A stretch of 64,000 bases of DNA, from contig OX597815.1 in the NCBI GenBank assembly GCA_951406725.2, positions 152,396,001 through 152,460,000 on the forward strand. The letters run 5' to 3'. Positions 10,162-22,146 of this stretch are shown piece after piece. Below the pieces are notes generated by a model. That model ran no database searches and was not told the origin of the DNA. It saw only the letters and a program-made list of their open reading frames with translations. Within the stretch, counting starts at the first letter, position 1. Every line of letters starts with the position of its first letter. The stretch is from Octopus vulgaris (lineage: Eukaryota). Made by a program: the position numbers and the translations under genes.

Positions 10162-10287
10162 GTAAGTAGAAGCATATTTTAGCAAGTAGATATTTTTCTT
10201 ATATTAAATATTATGTTCAACAGTCTTTTACTTCAAATAGATTTAATCCATTCGAATTCAAGTTGTCTCAATAAATGTTACATTTAA

Positions 10288-10508
10288 TCCTGTTGTTACT
10301 ATATTTCTGTTGAGATGCTCCATGTTTCTTTCAATTAATTCTAAATTTAACAAGGAATTTAGTAAAATAACTTGGTTATCATTAAGCTAGAGTTAGGAAC
10401 ATAAATTGTGACTAAGGTTTGGTGGAAGATTTTAATTCAGAACTTTGAAAACAAGACATTTGTACTACAGAACCAGAGGTGGTTTCAGCCAGGTTGGCAT
10501 CATATGGG
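10288..10508. mobile_element. Possible piggyBac-like MITE
   Basis: It is bounded by TTAA at 10284-10287 and 10509-10512. The termini (tcctgttgttac / gcatcatatggg) are degenerate. Confidence 0.35.
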
Positions 10509-11373
10509 TTAATGTTTGCATTGATCATTCTTGCGTTCTTTCATTTATTGCTAAATGATGACATCCATTTTTATAATTGGAAATACCATGTAATAAACGA
10601 TCAGTTTTTTAACTTGTCAAATTGCATTTTGTTTCATGTTCAACATCTTACCCTCACCTCTAAGTTAGCCCTTCTACATGTCTGTGTTAGCTTCCTGTTC
10701 AGCATTCTTTGAAGTTTGTTGTATCTCTTTAAACCATTCCGTCTAATCACACAGCAAATATTTATTGTTGTTATTGTTTCAAATTTTGGTACAAGGCCAG
10801 AAATTATCAAGGAGGGGAGGTTAACCGATTACATTGACCTCACCACTTGACCGGAACTTAAATTTATCAACCCTGGAAGGATGAAATGCAAAGTTGACTC
10901 TTTTCATCCCTCCAGGGTTGATAAAGTAACATACCAGTCATGTTTTGGGGTTGATGACCCCACACCACAGGAAAATATTCAACCAAACTACATCTCTGTT
11001 ACCCTCCCTCACTTTCCAGCTTTTTCAAACACATGGAGTTTGACACATGCAAACATACATCGACTTCCTCCTGCATCAGATATCCCCAACATGGTATACC
11101 ATCTTGGGAGGCAACCTAACATGTAAAAAAAATAGACACAGAAGTTTTTAAAAGATGCATCAGCTCCGAACAAGCCACACAATTGTGACAGCATTGTGGA
11201 AACCACACCCACATGGACAAATCCACCACCACCAGCAACAATAATACACATCTCAACTGAAAGAAAAAAACACAGTAGACTGATACACAAACACAATGTC
11301 CACAAAACATCTCCAGTCCAAACATTTTGCTGGTTAGGGATACAAACAAAAAGCTGATGCTCTTTATAGCACA

Positions 11374-12095
11374 CTAGCACTATGACCCGGGTTGTTGGGT
11401 CAAGTGCTAGTCAAGCATATTTGGTCTTTCATGAAAATCCCGCTCTCTTGTCATTCACTTGGTCTAACTCATTAATTATTCCCTGCATTTCTCAAATCAA
11501 ACAAGCGTGCACGTTTGAAAGCCAAAATACATGATAACGTGTCTTTGCAAAACACAAAAATGTGCAGAGTCATACAGACTGTCTGCAAATGTGCATGCAC
11601 ATCAAACTGTCAGGTGTAAAATTATCTCCGTCCAATCAAAAAACAGACATTTTGCCATTTATAGATATAGAGATTTTAAGCAAATGTTTAGAAATTCTCT
11701 GGGGAACTGGAAAATCCAGAAATCCGGGTAAGTTCCGGTCCTAAATTGGATAAATTTGTCTGGTACACTATTGAGGTGTGATATGTAACAAAGGGAGAGA
11801 AATGCAGAGTTTTAAAGAGTTATTTCGCTTGCTATGGTTTAATATCTTTAGATTAAACTGCTGGAGTTACATCCCTTCTATTAAAGACTTTTGTTACCTG
11901 AAACATAAGGGGTCGGTTTATCGATTTTTTTTTAATGGCTTTCAGGGGTAACTGGGGAAATGAAAAGATCTTCACAACCACCCTTGGATGGTTTTGAATG
12001 ACCATAGAAAGTGTGAGCCCTCTAACTGAAAAATTGTGGATTTGTATAAAGGATACACACACACACATACATTTTGCCGTTTATATATATAGAGA
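11374..12095 (-). mobile_element. Non-autonomous Helitron-like element
   Basis: On the minus strand it starts TCTCTATATATATAAA and ends in the palindrome ctagcact..tgaccc...gggtca..agtgCTAG, at an A|T junction. The terminal hairpin resembles the one at 48065. Confidence 0.6.
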
Positions 12096-12592
12096 TAAAG
12101 AAAATGCTGAAATAGAGGGATAAGTTATCATAACCAGCACTTCCAAAGAGCCACAAAATTTGAAAATAATAAAATTGGACTTGGAGGCATACAAAATACT
12201 GAGGGAAGATTTCCCTGATGCTGTGCGAAGTCCTAATGAAAGAGCCAACTGTAGGCTTCTAAAGATTTCCCTAAGGAAGCTCAAAACCCTGTGGAGACCA
12301 AGTCATTCAGTCACTGGTACCATGAAATAGTTAAGTAGTCTGTTTCCCTTTCTCCTTCATCATCTTTTAGCCAACATGGCAGCCCCAACAATAGAATGTA
12401 TAAATGCATGTGGACTGGGGTCACTCTCGAAGCAGAGTCGCCTGCTCAGTGGCCTCAGATAACTGGGTTTGGATGTGAAAGCCATGAACGAGACCAAAAT
12501 TTCAAAGATTTCATCCATTCTTACATTCTGAGTTCAAATCTGCTGAGATCAATCTTGCTTTCATTTCTTTGGGGCCTTGTACCAAAATTTTA

Positions 12593-12623
<31 letters not shown>

Positions 12624-12695
12624 ATTATTATTATTATTATTATTATCATTATTATTATTATTGTAGTTATTATCGTTATTATTATCATTATAATT
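12593..12695. repeat. (ATT)n microsatellite
   Basis: Read directly. Confidence 0.95.
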
Positions 12696-13130
12696 TCAAA
12701 AGGATTAACATAACAATACGTAGAGCACAATGACATTACAATAGATATTTTATTGTTTTGAACAATATTTCAACAGCTTGCCTGTTTTTGTTAAGTACAA
12801 AAGGAAAAGTGATACATAGAAATTCAAAATTATAGAAATTCAAATTCAAAAATTTGAACGATGGCAACCTGCGTTCCCACGTTAATGGAATGATATCATC
12901 TTTGCTGTACTGAAATATGTGTTCCCATGTTCTGTGTTGAAATTTCAGAAGATTCTATTTTAATTTTCAACTTTCTGGATTCAAAACTATAAAATATAAA
13001 ACTATTACTGATATCAATATAGTTGACCCCACCTCCACCCCTACCCCTGAAATACAATATATATTTGAAGCCAAACATATGTCAATGTTAGAAACCTTTA
13101 TTGTTATTGTTGTTGTTGTTGTCATTCAAG

Positions 13131-13272
13131 GCTGTGGCTGCTCTGTTACACTACTCCCTTACAGCAACTGTCATGTGGATGGGTATCGAAGCTTTTCATG
13201 ATTATACAGATTATAAAAATTTGGAACTGAACGAAAAATATTTTATGATCGTGAGTTCAATTTTGGCCTGGG
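13131..13272 (+). CDS. Adhesion GPCR exon: TM3-ICL2-start of TM4
   Basis: cattcaag| then AVAALLHYSLTATVMWMGIEAFHDY...YFMIVSSILAW(G) then |gtaggt. It carries the family B signature LHY..L....WM..EA and WG. Phase 0 in, phase 1 out. Confidence 0.95.
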
Positions 13273-13318
13273 GTAGGTATAATTTCTATCTTCAGTTTTC
13301 TATTTTTGGGTCACTTTA

Positions 13319-13367
<49 letters not shown>

Positions 13368-13735
13368 TACGCTATCTCTCTCTCTCTCTCAAAGACACAT
13401 ACACACACGTACACACATTTCTTTGTGTTTAATATTTGTACATGAATGTTAGTTGATGGCAAAAATTTCTCTTGAATGATCCAGACAATTGTATTCATTT
13501 CATTGAAACCAAAAATTTTGAAGGAAAAGTCAACCTTGTTGGAATTTGAACTCAGGACACTAAACTAAACATTATTAACCATGTTTTTTGACATTATCAA
13601 AGTGGATGTTCCCTAGTAAGAGTTCAATTTATTTTTCTCGATTTTGTTATTCTGTTCTAATGTTGCAGAAAGTATTGAAAATCAATCACTGCAGTAAAAT
13701 ATCTCAGGAAGGGGCTCTATATCACGAATCCCCTT

Positions 13736-15705
13736 CAGTGGTTCCAAAAGTGGGTGTTACCATCCCCTTGGGGCAGTAGAAAGATCCAGAGACAGTGGAA
13801 AGATCCAAGAGGCAGTGGAAAGATCTGGTGGGGTGGGCACTGGAAAAAAACAGTGCAATAAGGGAGTTATGGATGGCCTTGCCAGCGTCTATTTTTCAAT
13901 GGTACACTCAAGTTTAAAAAATAGTGTTTAGTAATACTAACTTAAAGAACAAAGAACAAAAATAAATTTGAAAAACAACAAAAGTTCTCTAACAAAGCTG
14001 GTCATAAAATTCACAAGAGAATTCCCCAAAAAGACGAAAACATGACACTGAACATATGGCATTTTTTCATCATGTATTTTTTCCATATTTTGAAAACTGT
14101 TTTCAGAAAACATTTTTCGAAAGGCTATCATACATGAATCATAATTTGTTTTTGTTTTTTTTCTTTTTTGGTGGTGGGGTTTCCAGATTTTAATTGTGAA
14201 AATCAAAATGAAATGGACGTATGGAATTTTTTCTCTAACAAGGCATACTACAAACGTTTTAAAATGTGGAATATTATAGCATTGAAAATAAATAGTGCAA
14301 CCTACTTAGAACCTCCAACTTGGCTTGCTTGGTGAGATTAGTCGCCCTTGCCAAACAATAAAAGTATATTTCTTGCTTATGTTTGCTTTGTCAAAGATTA
14401 ACATTTTGTTCAAGAGTAATAATTTGTAAGACAACTAGAAACAGATACACAAAAGGAATCAATATTTTGTGTTTGAGCAATAGAAGGGACACCATCGATG
14501 GTAGGTTGTCATTGCAGCTTCATCAGTTTATTGTAAAAGTTATACCTAGCATGTCTAGTGCACACTCTATAATCCTCAGGCAACACCTGGTTGCAAATAA
14601 CCTAAGTTGTGGACTTAACAAATCAATGAGCACTGTTATCACAGCAGTAAATAAAATCAACACACATGCTCACAATTCCTCACTGTTTCAACTCCTGCAC
14701 ACAGAAATTCAATGGCTGCCAAAGGGAAACTGCCTAGAAGTTTCTATTCCCTTTTTAAAACAGTTGTTGAGACTCTTATTCTGTTCGTTATTTTCATTTG
14801 ATAGATATTTGTCCTCATCTTGTTTGTTGTTAACACAAATATCCATCAAATGTAAATAATATACATAATTCCTCATCTCTTAAATATAGAACTGTTTATT
14901 CTGTTCTTTGTGATGAACCAAGAAATATCAAGCATGGCATTGCTTACATGGCAGATATATTCACAAAGTTCAATGAAGTTTACTTGCAACTGCAAGGAAA
15001 TTAGGTTAAACCATACCAAAGTAAAACCAACCATTCAAATGTAACATAAGCCTCCAGTTTCTGAGACTCTCTGAATTGGAGAAGGAAAAGTGCACACCAG
15101 AAGATGGCATTCAAGTGTATTGTTCACACCTGGATGAGCTGTACTGAGACATGTCTGACAGGTTTCAGGATATTATTTTTAGTTACTTTACCAAGATATC
15201 AGCAATGAGGAAACATGAATAGTGGTTTCACTTAAAGTTAAATGACACTGAGCTAAGGCCAAAGTTTAAAAAATCACATCAAGAATTTTGATTACAGAAA
15301 TACATTTCTGATTGCTACCCTGCTCTGAAGAACAAAGCCAAGATGTAGTCTATTGCTGTCCCAACATCATATTTCGTAGAGCAGAGCTTCAGTATCGAAT
15401 GTGATGACCTAAAACTACTTTTTAGAACCTTTCAGCCAGATGTTGAGAAGCTAATTTCCCTGCACAATGTATATCCATCGTATTAAAAATATGAAAATAA
15501 AGTATTTACAAGTGAGATGTAAATTTACTCTTTCGTATTGTAAAAGCAACATAACAATGGGTTAAGTTTATTTGTGAAATACAGTTGTTTTGTACTTGCA
15601 GCTGAAAGAGGTCTGTGTTTGTGGTGGTGAGTGCTGGAGAGAGACACTAGGAATGTGGTATAGGTGCCAAGTGGGTGGCAGTCTGAAAAAGTTTGGCAAT
15701 CACTG
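13736..15705 (+). mobile_element. hAT (Buster/Charlie-like) DNA transposon remnant
   Basis: The termini are cagtggttccaaaa / tttggcaatcactg. The degenerate transposase includes HSIILRQHLVANNL..VITAVNKI..LLHTEIQWLPKGNCL and PTSYFVEQSFS. No intact 8-bp TSD is visible. Confidence 0.8.
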
Positions 15706-16278
15706 CTCTACCCCATTATAGATCCTACCATCTTTAAAGATACTTTTGAAACTAGAAATTAAAGTGTTGTTGCTTAAAACAACTCAAACTTAGATTACAG
15801 ATCTGTTTTACTGTAAAATCCAAATTTACAATACCAGGAGCGTTAAATCCTGAGTGAAAAGATCACTGTCCTACAACTTCAGTCTGATCTTGTCTCCAGG
15901 GGAACCCAAGAGTTACCTGTTATGCACTTTCACCAAATAATAGTTGAGGAGAGTGAATTTCTGTTGTCATCCATGTCATTCTGTCTTCTTACCAATATCC
16001 AGAACTTCCATGATTTTCCACTTTTTGCAGCCCTCTAAAGCATAATTGATAGGATCGAAATAGTATATTAGTCGTAGCTATTTCTAGAAACCAAAGGAGC
16101 AAATGGCAAGAAGTGAATTGTGTGTGGTAAGAAATGAAATATCGGTTCCTTTTGAACTAGCTAATTTTCTGGGCAAAAACATACTAAACTAAATCAATTC
16201 ACATATCATTTATTTATGATTTCAAAAGTTAATTATTATCTAAAGATTCATATTTGTTTCTGTAAATATCATTGTCAG

Positions 16279-16342
16279 GTCTTCCAGCTGTCATTACTCT
16301 GGCAGTTAACTACACAAACAATTACATCAGTGTTGCACAAGT
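16279..16342 (+). CDS. Adhesion GPCR exon: TM4 end and ECL2
   Basis: ttgtcag| then (G)LPAVITLAVNYTNNYISVAQ(V) then |gtaagt. Phase 1 in completes WGLP; phase 2 out. Confidence 0.88.
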
Positions 16343-16591
16343 GTAAGTATTTCGCTGTTTCCTTCACCTCATTTTTCTCTGATCTTCAAAATTAATACTT
16401 TGCTAGACTCATTTATATTTTGAAAAACTATAAAATAATATATAAGCTACCATCAAGCTAAAGTCATGATTGTCGCTGTTGATAGCGACCCTACTTCACT
16501 AACATTGTTTACATATTTTTCTTATTGAGGAACATGGGTGTCAGTGATCACATTTGTCTCTCCTCTCCTCTCAATTAGAAATCGAAGATAT

Positions 16592-16957
16592 CTCTTTTAC
16601 TCTTTTACTCGTTTCAGTCATTTGACTGTGGCTATGCTGGAGCACTTGATTTAGTCGAGCAAATTGACCCCAGGACTTATTCTTTGTAAGCCTAGTACTT
16701 ATTCTATTGGTCTCTTTTGCCGAACAGCTAAGTTACGGGGACGTAAACACAACAGCATTGGTTGTCAAGCGATGTTTGGGGAACAAACACAGACACACAA
16801 ACATATACACACACATACATAAGTATATACATATATACGACGGGCTTCTTTCAGTTTCCGTCTACCAAATCCACTCACAAGGCTTTGGTCAGGCTGATGC
16901 TATACTAGAAGACACTTTCCCAAGGTGCCATGCAGTGAGACTGAACCTGGAACCATG
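16592..16957 (-). mobile_element. tRNA-derived SINE, same family as 3215-3599, 5'-truncated
   Basis: It is the reverse complement of ~3255-3599 (ttttactcgtttcagtcatttgactgtggctatgctggagcac...cccaaggtgccatgcagtgagactgaacc). Confidence 0.85.
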
Positions 16958-17217
16958 TCTATTGACAAATAACTTAAAACATGAATGCAATCAACATATA
17001 AGAATAAAACAAAGCATCATACATTTTTCAACTTAATTATTATATGATACAGAAGATTGCATTAATTGCTAATTATTACTTTTCTTGTAATAATTAAAGT
17101 CTACGAGAAACATGTCTCTTCTGTATTTAATCATTTAAATTCTTCCTCTAAAGAAGGAGCTGGTTTCTAACAAAAATACAAAGCTCCATCATTGGAATGT
17201 TGATAACAAAAGTAATG

Positions 17218-17990
17218 TCACATTTTAAACCTGAGAAAAGTCTTGCATAATTTTACTGTTCTGCTTACAAATTGTATTTGTAATGTCCGAGTCTGTTGGT
17301 TGAATTCGTTTCCTGAAAATTTATGCTTATCCAGAATGACAGTTAGGCATTTACGTACAAAACCAAGTTCTCCAATTATTATTGGTATAAATGTGAATTT
17401 GTAATCCGGATATAAAAGCTGGAGGTTTTGAAGCAGTTTTCCGTAATTATCATCTTTTATTTTGATTTTCAAAGAAATATTCTCATCAGCAGGACAGCTA
17501 ACCTCTTGACAGTACATATTGTTGTCCCAAACAATATCTGGCCTGTTATATTTACAGTTGATAGATGTTTTGACGGGAATGTTCCACCAGTATTTCTTGT
17601 GCTGGTATTTGTGTATGTATTCAATAACAGGGGAATTCTCTATATTTATTCTAGGACAGTCTTTTTGCCTAATGGCATTGTATATTGTTTTTGAGACAAT
17701 GTCATGTCCCATAAGGAAGTAGCCCCTTAATGACAATTTTGGGCAGCTGTTAATCCCATGTGTGATGTCTTCCACAGAAATGTGACGTAATCTACATTCA
17801 CAGTTGCATCTTGGAACTCCAAGGGTTTCACTGTCTCTTTTGTTGATTAGGTATTTAACAGCAATCTCCTGTTCTTGGATTGCAAACGCATAGCCATCAA
17901 AGTGGGATGTAATGTGACAATTATGTGTCCAAAAGAAGCTTCGCTTCATGTTAATGTTACCGTCTTCTTAAAGTCTACGAGAAACATAGT
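17218..17990 (-). mobile_element. RLE-type non-LTR retrotransposon C-terminal fragment (CCHC knuckle + PD-(D/E)xK endonuclease)
   Basis: ORF 17218-17949 reads CRL...EDITHGINSCP...HDIV...RPDIVWD...EVSCPADENI..K..K...Y..L...FIPIIIGELG. Confidence 0.85.
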
Positions 17991-18310
17991 CATGCATGGT
18001 CTTTTTTCGTATGTATGTATGTATGTATTTATGTATGTATGTATGTATATGTGTATATATTCGTGTATGTTTGTATGTATGTATTTCCTTTGTGTTTTTC
18101 TTTTTGTCTTCTTCCTTATCAGCACCCCTTGTTTAAATAGCATCTGCTTAGATAAGCAACTAAAAAAAATCTTTTACTCAGCTTCAAAAATGGCAAAATA
18201 TATTCATGTTTTGACCAGGAAACCCTCGGTAATTGTATTTGACAAGAATTGTGACTTTCATTATCACATTATACATGTATGTATGTATGTATGTATGTAT
18301 GTATGTATGT

Positions 18311-20385
18311 TCAATGACTATTAGTGGTGAAGCGCCATGCCCACAGTGTGTTGCTGCACAGAGAACTGTCTACTGTGCAGCAAAGTCTAGCACTTGCCCA
18401 CTATAACAGTGTAAAATCACTATTGCAGCGATCTCTCAGGAAGATGCAGAACACTTGGTGGGAGGATTTTGCTTGTGATGTTCAGGCTGCTGCTGATGCA
18501 AATGACAGCAAGAAGCTTTACCATCTTATGAAGCGAGCTTATGGACCTAAGAGCTCCACATCAGCTCCTTTGTTTTCCAAGGAGTCTTCCACTCTGTTTA
18601 CTAAATCAACAGAAATCACAGGTTGCTGGATCAAACACTTCTCTGAACTCCTAAACCACGAGTCAGTTGTGGATGAAACAGTGATTGATACTATGAAACA
18701 AAGACCTATCATTGACTCCTTAGACTCCCCGCCATCAATACATGAAGTAATGACATCAATAAGTAAATTGAATCTTGGTAGGGCACCTGGAAAGGATGGA
18801 GTTTGTGCTGAGGTCTTGTGATTTGGTGGTAATTGCATCACACAGTCCCTTCATGAACTTATTAGTGCAGTCTGGAGGGATGGTGCAATCCCTAAGGACT
18901 GGAAGGATGCAATTATTCTTCCTCTATATAAAGGAAAAGGAGCCAGAACAATGTGTGGTAACTACAGAGGTATTGCTCTACTATCAGCTGCTGGCAAGGT
19001 TCTGGCAAATATTCTTCTTACCCGTCTGAATGGTTGTCTCATAAATGATGTCCTATCTGAATCTCAATGTGGCTTCCGATCTGGTAGAGGGACAATGGAT
19101 ATGATTTTCACAGCAAGACAGATGCAGGGTCAATGTTGGTGGTGCCATGGCGGGACCCATTCCTGTAGAGAAAGGTGTTAAGCAGGGTGACATCCTTGCC
19201 CCAACTCTCTTTTCTTTGTACTTTGCTGCTACTTTTACTCATGCTTTTGCTAAGGTTAGCTCTCTGGGAATATATGTCAGATATCGATCTTATGGCCGCC
19301 TCTTTAATCTTTGCCGATTTGCTGCCAATTCAAAGGTTTCCCAGTCTATTATTCGTGACCTCCTTTATGCAGATGACTGTGACTTAGTCACTCATACAGT
19401 GGATGACATGCAAATACTCATGAATTGCATTTCTGCTTCTTGCAGGGCATTTGGACTCAGCATTAGCCTGGACAAGACTGTTGTAATGTTCCAGCCTGCA
19501 CCAGGAAATCCATATATAGAACCAGCTATCTTGGTTGAAGGAACAATTCTGAAGGTAGTAGACACGTTTGTCTACCTGGGCAGCACACTCAGCCGTTCTT
19601 GCTCCCTGGATGAGGAAATATCTTTCAGATTGCAGAGAGCAACAAATTCCTTCCGGTCTCTTCAGTCTCGTGTCTAGTCCCAACATGGCATCGCAAGGAG
19701 AACAAAAGTTGCTGTGTACCGTGCTTGTGTACTGACATCGCTTCTCTACTCATGCGAGACATGGACTCTGTACAAACGTCAGGTAAGGGTCCTTGAACGT
19801 TTTCATCAGAGATGTCTCAGACACATTCTCAATGTTGGCTGGACCTCAAAAATTCCAGACACACAGATCCTGAGGACAGCTGATATCTTGAGTATTGAGG
19901 CAATGGTACACAAGCACCGGTTGCATTGAACTGGACACCTTATCAGAATGGAGGATAGAATGATTCCTAAGCAGATGCTCTATGGAAAACTTGTGAATGG
20001 AAGGAGACTCCGACAGAAACCAAGGCTGCGATTTAAGGACTGTGTCAAGTCTTCGTTAAAGGCCTTTGATATGCAGGACACTGACTGGGAGAACAATGCC
20101 TGTCATTGCCACAGATGGAGGAAGCAGGTTAAGGAGGGGATCGACACTTTTGAGAGAGCACGTATCCAGCATGAAGAACTTAGGCGAGCTGTGCGAAAGC
20201 GCACGGCTCGTATAGTGAATGGGGAAAGCTTGGTCTGCAATGTTTGCAGTCGTGTATGCTTGTCAAGAGCAGGGCTCATTAGTCACCAACGGAGCCGCAA
20301 AGGCAAAATATAAGTTAGTCCTAGAGCGCACAATGTTCTTGAAGGTCGGCAATGGTCTTCCTCGGTCACGAGTGGACGGCCATCA
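18311..20385 (+). mobile_element. RTE/BovB-like LINE, 5'-truncated, defective reverse transcriptase
   Basis: Motifs include RAPGKDG, CGNYRGIALLS, ESQCGFRSGRGTMDMIF, GVKQGDILAPTLF, LLYADD, FVYLGS, LLYSCETW and a C-terminal C-x2-C..H. Stops lie at ~18819, 19675 and 19927, with an internal deletion near 19128. Confidence 0.93.
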
Positions 20386-20605
20386 TGTATGTATGTATGT
20401 ATGTATGTGTGTGTGTGTGTGTGTATGTATGTATGCATGTATGTATGCATGTATGTATGTATTTATGTATGTATGTATGTATGTATGTATGAATAAATGC
20501 ATGCATGTATGTATGTATGTACATATGAATGAATAAATGCATGTATGTATGTATGTATGCATGTATGTATGAATGAATGAATAAATGCATGTATGTATGT
20601 ATATA

Positions 20606-20641
<36 letters not shown>

Positions 20642-20670
20642 TGTATGTATACATGCATGTATGTATGTGT
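20384..20670. repeat. (TATG)n/(TG)n compound microsatellite
   Basis: Read directly. It follows the RTE 3' end. Confidence 0.95.
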
Positions 20671-21191
20671 TCTGATACTTACAATGATTCTGATAATGAT
20701 GATAAGGAAAATAAGGAAATCATTGTAAAAAGGGGAGGAGCAATTATAATGATGGTGTTGATTAGGATAATGGTGTAGTGATTATTATGGAAAGATGTTA
20801 CTGTTATCCTGTTTGTGGATGGAATTCTCCAGGGAAGGAGTATATTTTAATAATTGTAGACTGAATTTTTTCCCATATAAGTAAGATTGGGGCAAGTGTC
20901 TCCTCTCTTGAGTTTAAGATGTTAATTGCAGACAGGATGTGCAGTTTTTCTGTTACTACAGATTACACCTTGTGCCTTGTCCATTTTAGACACTTTCTTT
21001 AAATACTTGATGGTAGGATTATTTATATGATGTAACATTTCTTCTACTACTGTTACAGATTGTGTAAAAATGTTGAATGAAACAGGCTTTAAAGGTGTTT
21101 TCTGTGAGCCCTCATCATTATCATGATATATATGTGTGTACACGTGTGTGTTTGTGTGTCTGTGTGTGTTTGTGTGTGTGTGTGTGTGTGT

Positions 21192-21470
21192 GATCATGAT
21201 CATGATCATGATCATGGTTTGACTGGAACTGGTAAAGCAGATAGTTGAACCAGGTTCCAGTCTGATATGGCATGGCTTCTATGGCAGGATGCCCTTCCTA
21301 ACACCAACCAGTCTGAGAGTGTAATGGGTTTTTTTATGTGCCACTGGCACAGGTGCCAGTTATGTGACACTGGCTTCGCCACAACTAGGATTTCACTTGG
21401 CTTGATGAATCTTCTCAAGCACAGCATATCGCCAAAGTGTCATCACTTGTCCTCCATGAGGCCCCACCTA
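21192..21470 (-). mobile_element. RTE-3'-related short repeat fragment
   Basis: ggatgcccttcctaacaccaacca...tttttatgtgccactggcac is the reverse complement of the 1370-1470 region. Confidence 0.7.
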
Positions 21471-22146
21471 TATACGATTTTCATAACGCCTTCCTTGTCC
21501 TAGATTTCAGCCTTATCAACGAGCTCTAACAAAAGGCACTTATTATCTAGTGGACACTGTCACCAGTTTCTCTTACGGATACAGTCATGCCTGAACTTAT
21601 ATTCTTTTGTGCCAGCTTACTGCATTTACTAGAATGATGGTTAGTACAGTCATCTTTTTTCTACAGATTCTGCCCTTGTTCTCTGACTGAGTTTTAGCAA
21701 TCTTTGTATCAAGTTTGTTCAATGCCTTGCTCGTCAGCAACTATGATTAGCGGTTGAGCTTCTCATTTCAGATTTCCATATCAAGGACCTTTAGTTTCAA
21801 GATTGACAATGTAATTCCTTTTCTTACCAGCTCATGGTCTAGTCATTTTGCTTCTGTTTTGGAATTTTCTTGGATGTTTTCTTATCTAGTTTTGTTTTGT
21901 GTAATGTGACATAGGGCATTGCTATAGCTCTTTGTTTAAATGTGGTAGATCAATAGCACTGACATACTTTTAAACAGAATGCACTGCAAATATTGGCAAT
22001 TAATAGTGGAAGCAATACCCATTATAGAGAACAATGCGAAATTAAATACACAAATAACTTACACTTAAATAATGCTTGACACTGATATACAAAACTGAGA
22101 AACAAATTTATAGAAGGATATGTTTTCCATGTAGGGGCCCACATTA

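Noticed and set aside
10150-10162. Rescue of the frameshift by the alternative donor ctt|GTAAGG (10157) or by A-to-I recoding of TAA
   Set aside because: The alternative donor leaves phase 2 into a phase 0 exon, and editing the stop would not correct the frame.
14383-14859. Domesticated ZBED/SCAND3-like gene
   Set aside because: It has multiple stops, frameshifts and deletions and is bounded by hAT termini, so it is a decayed transposon.
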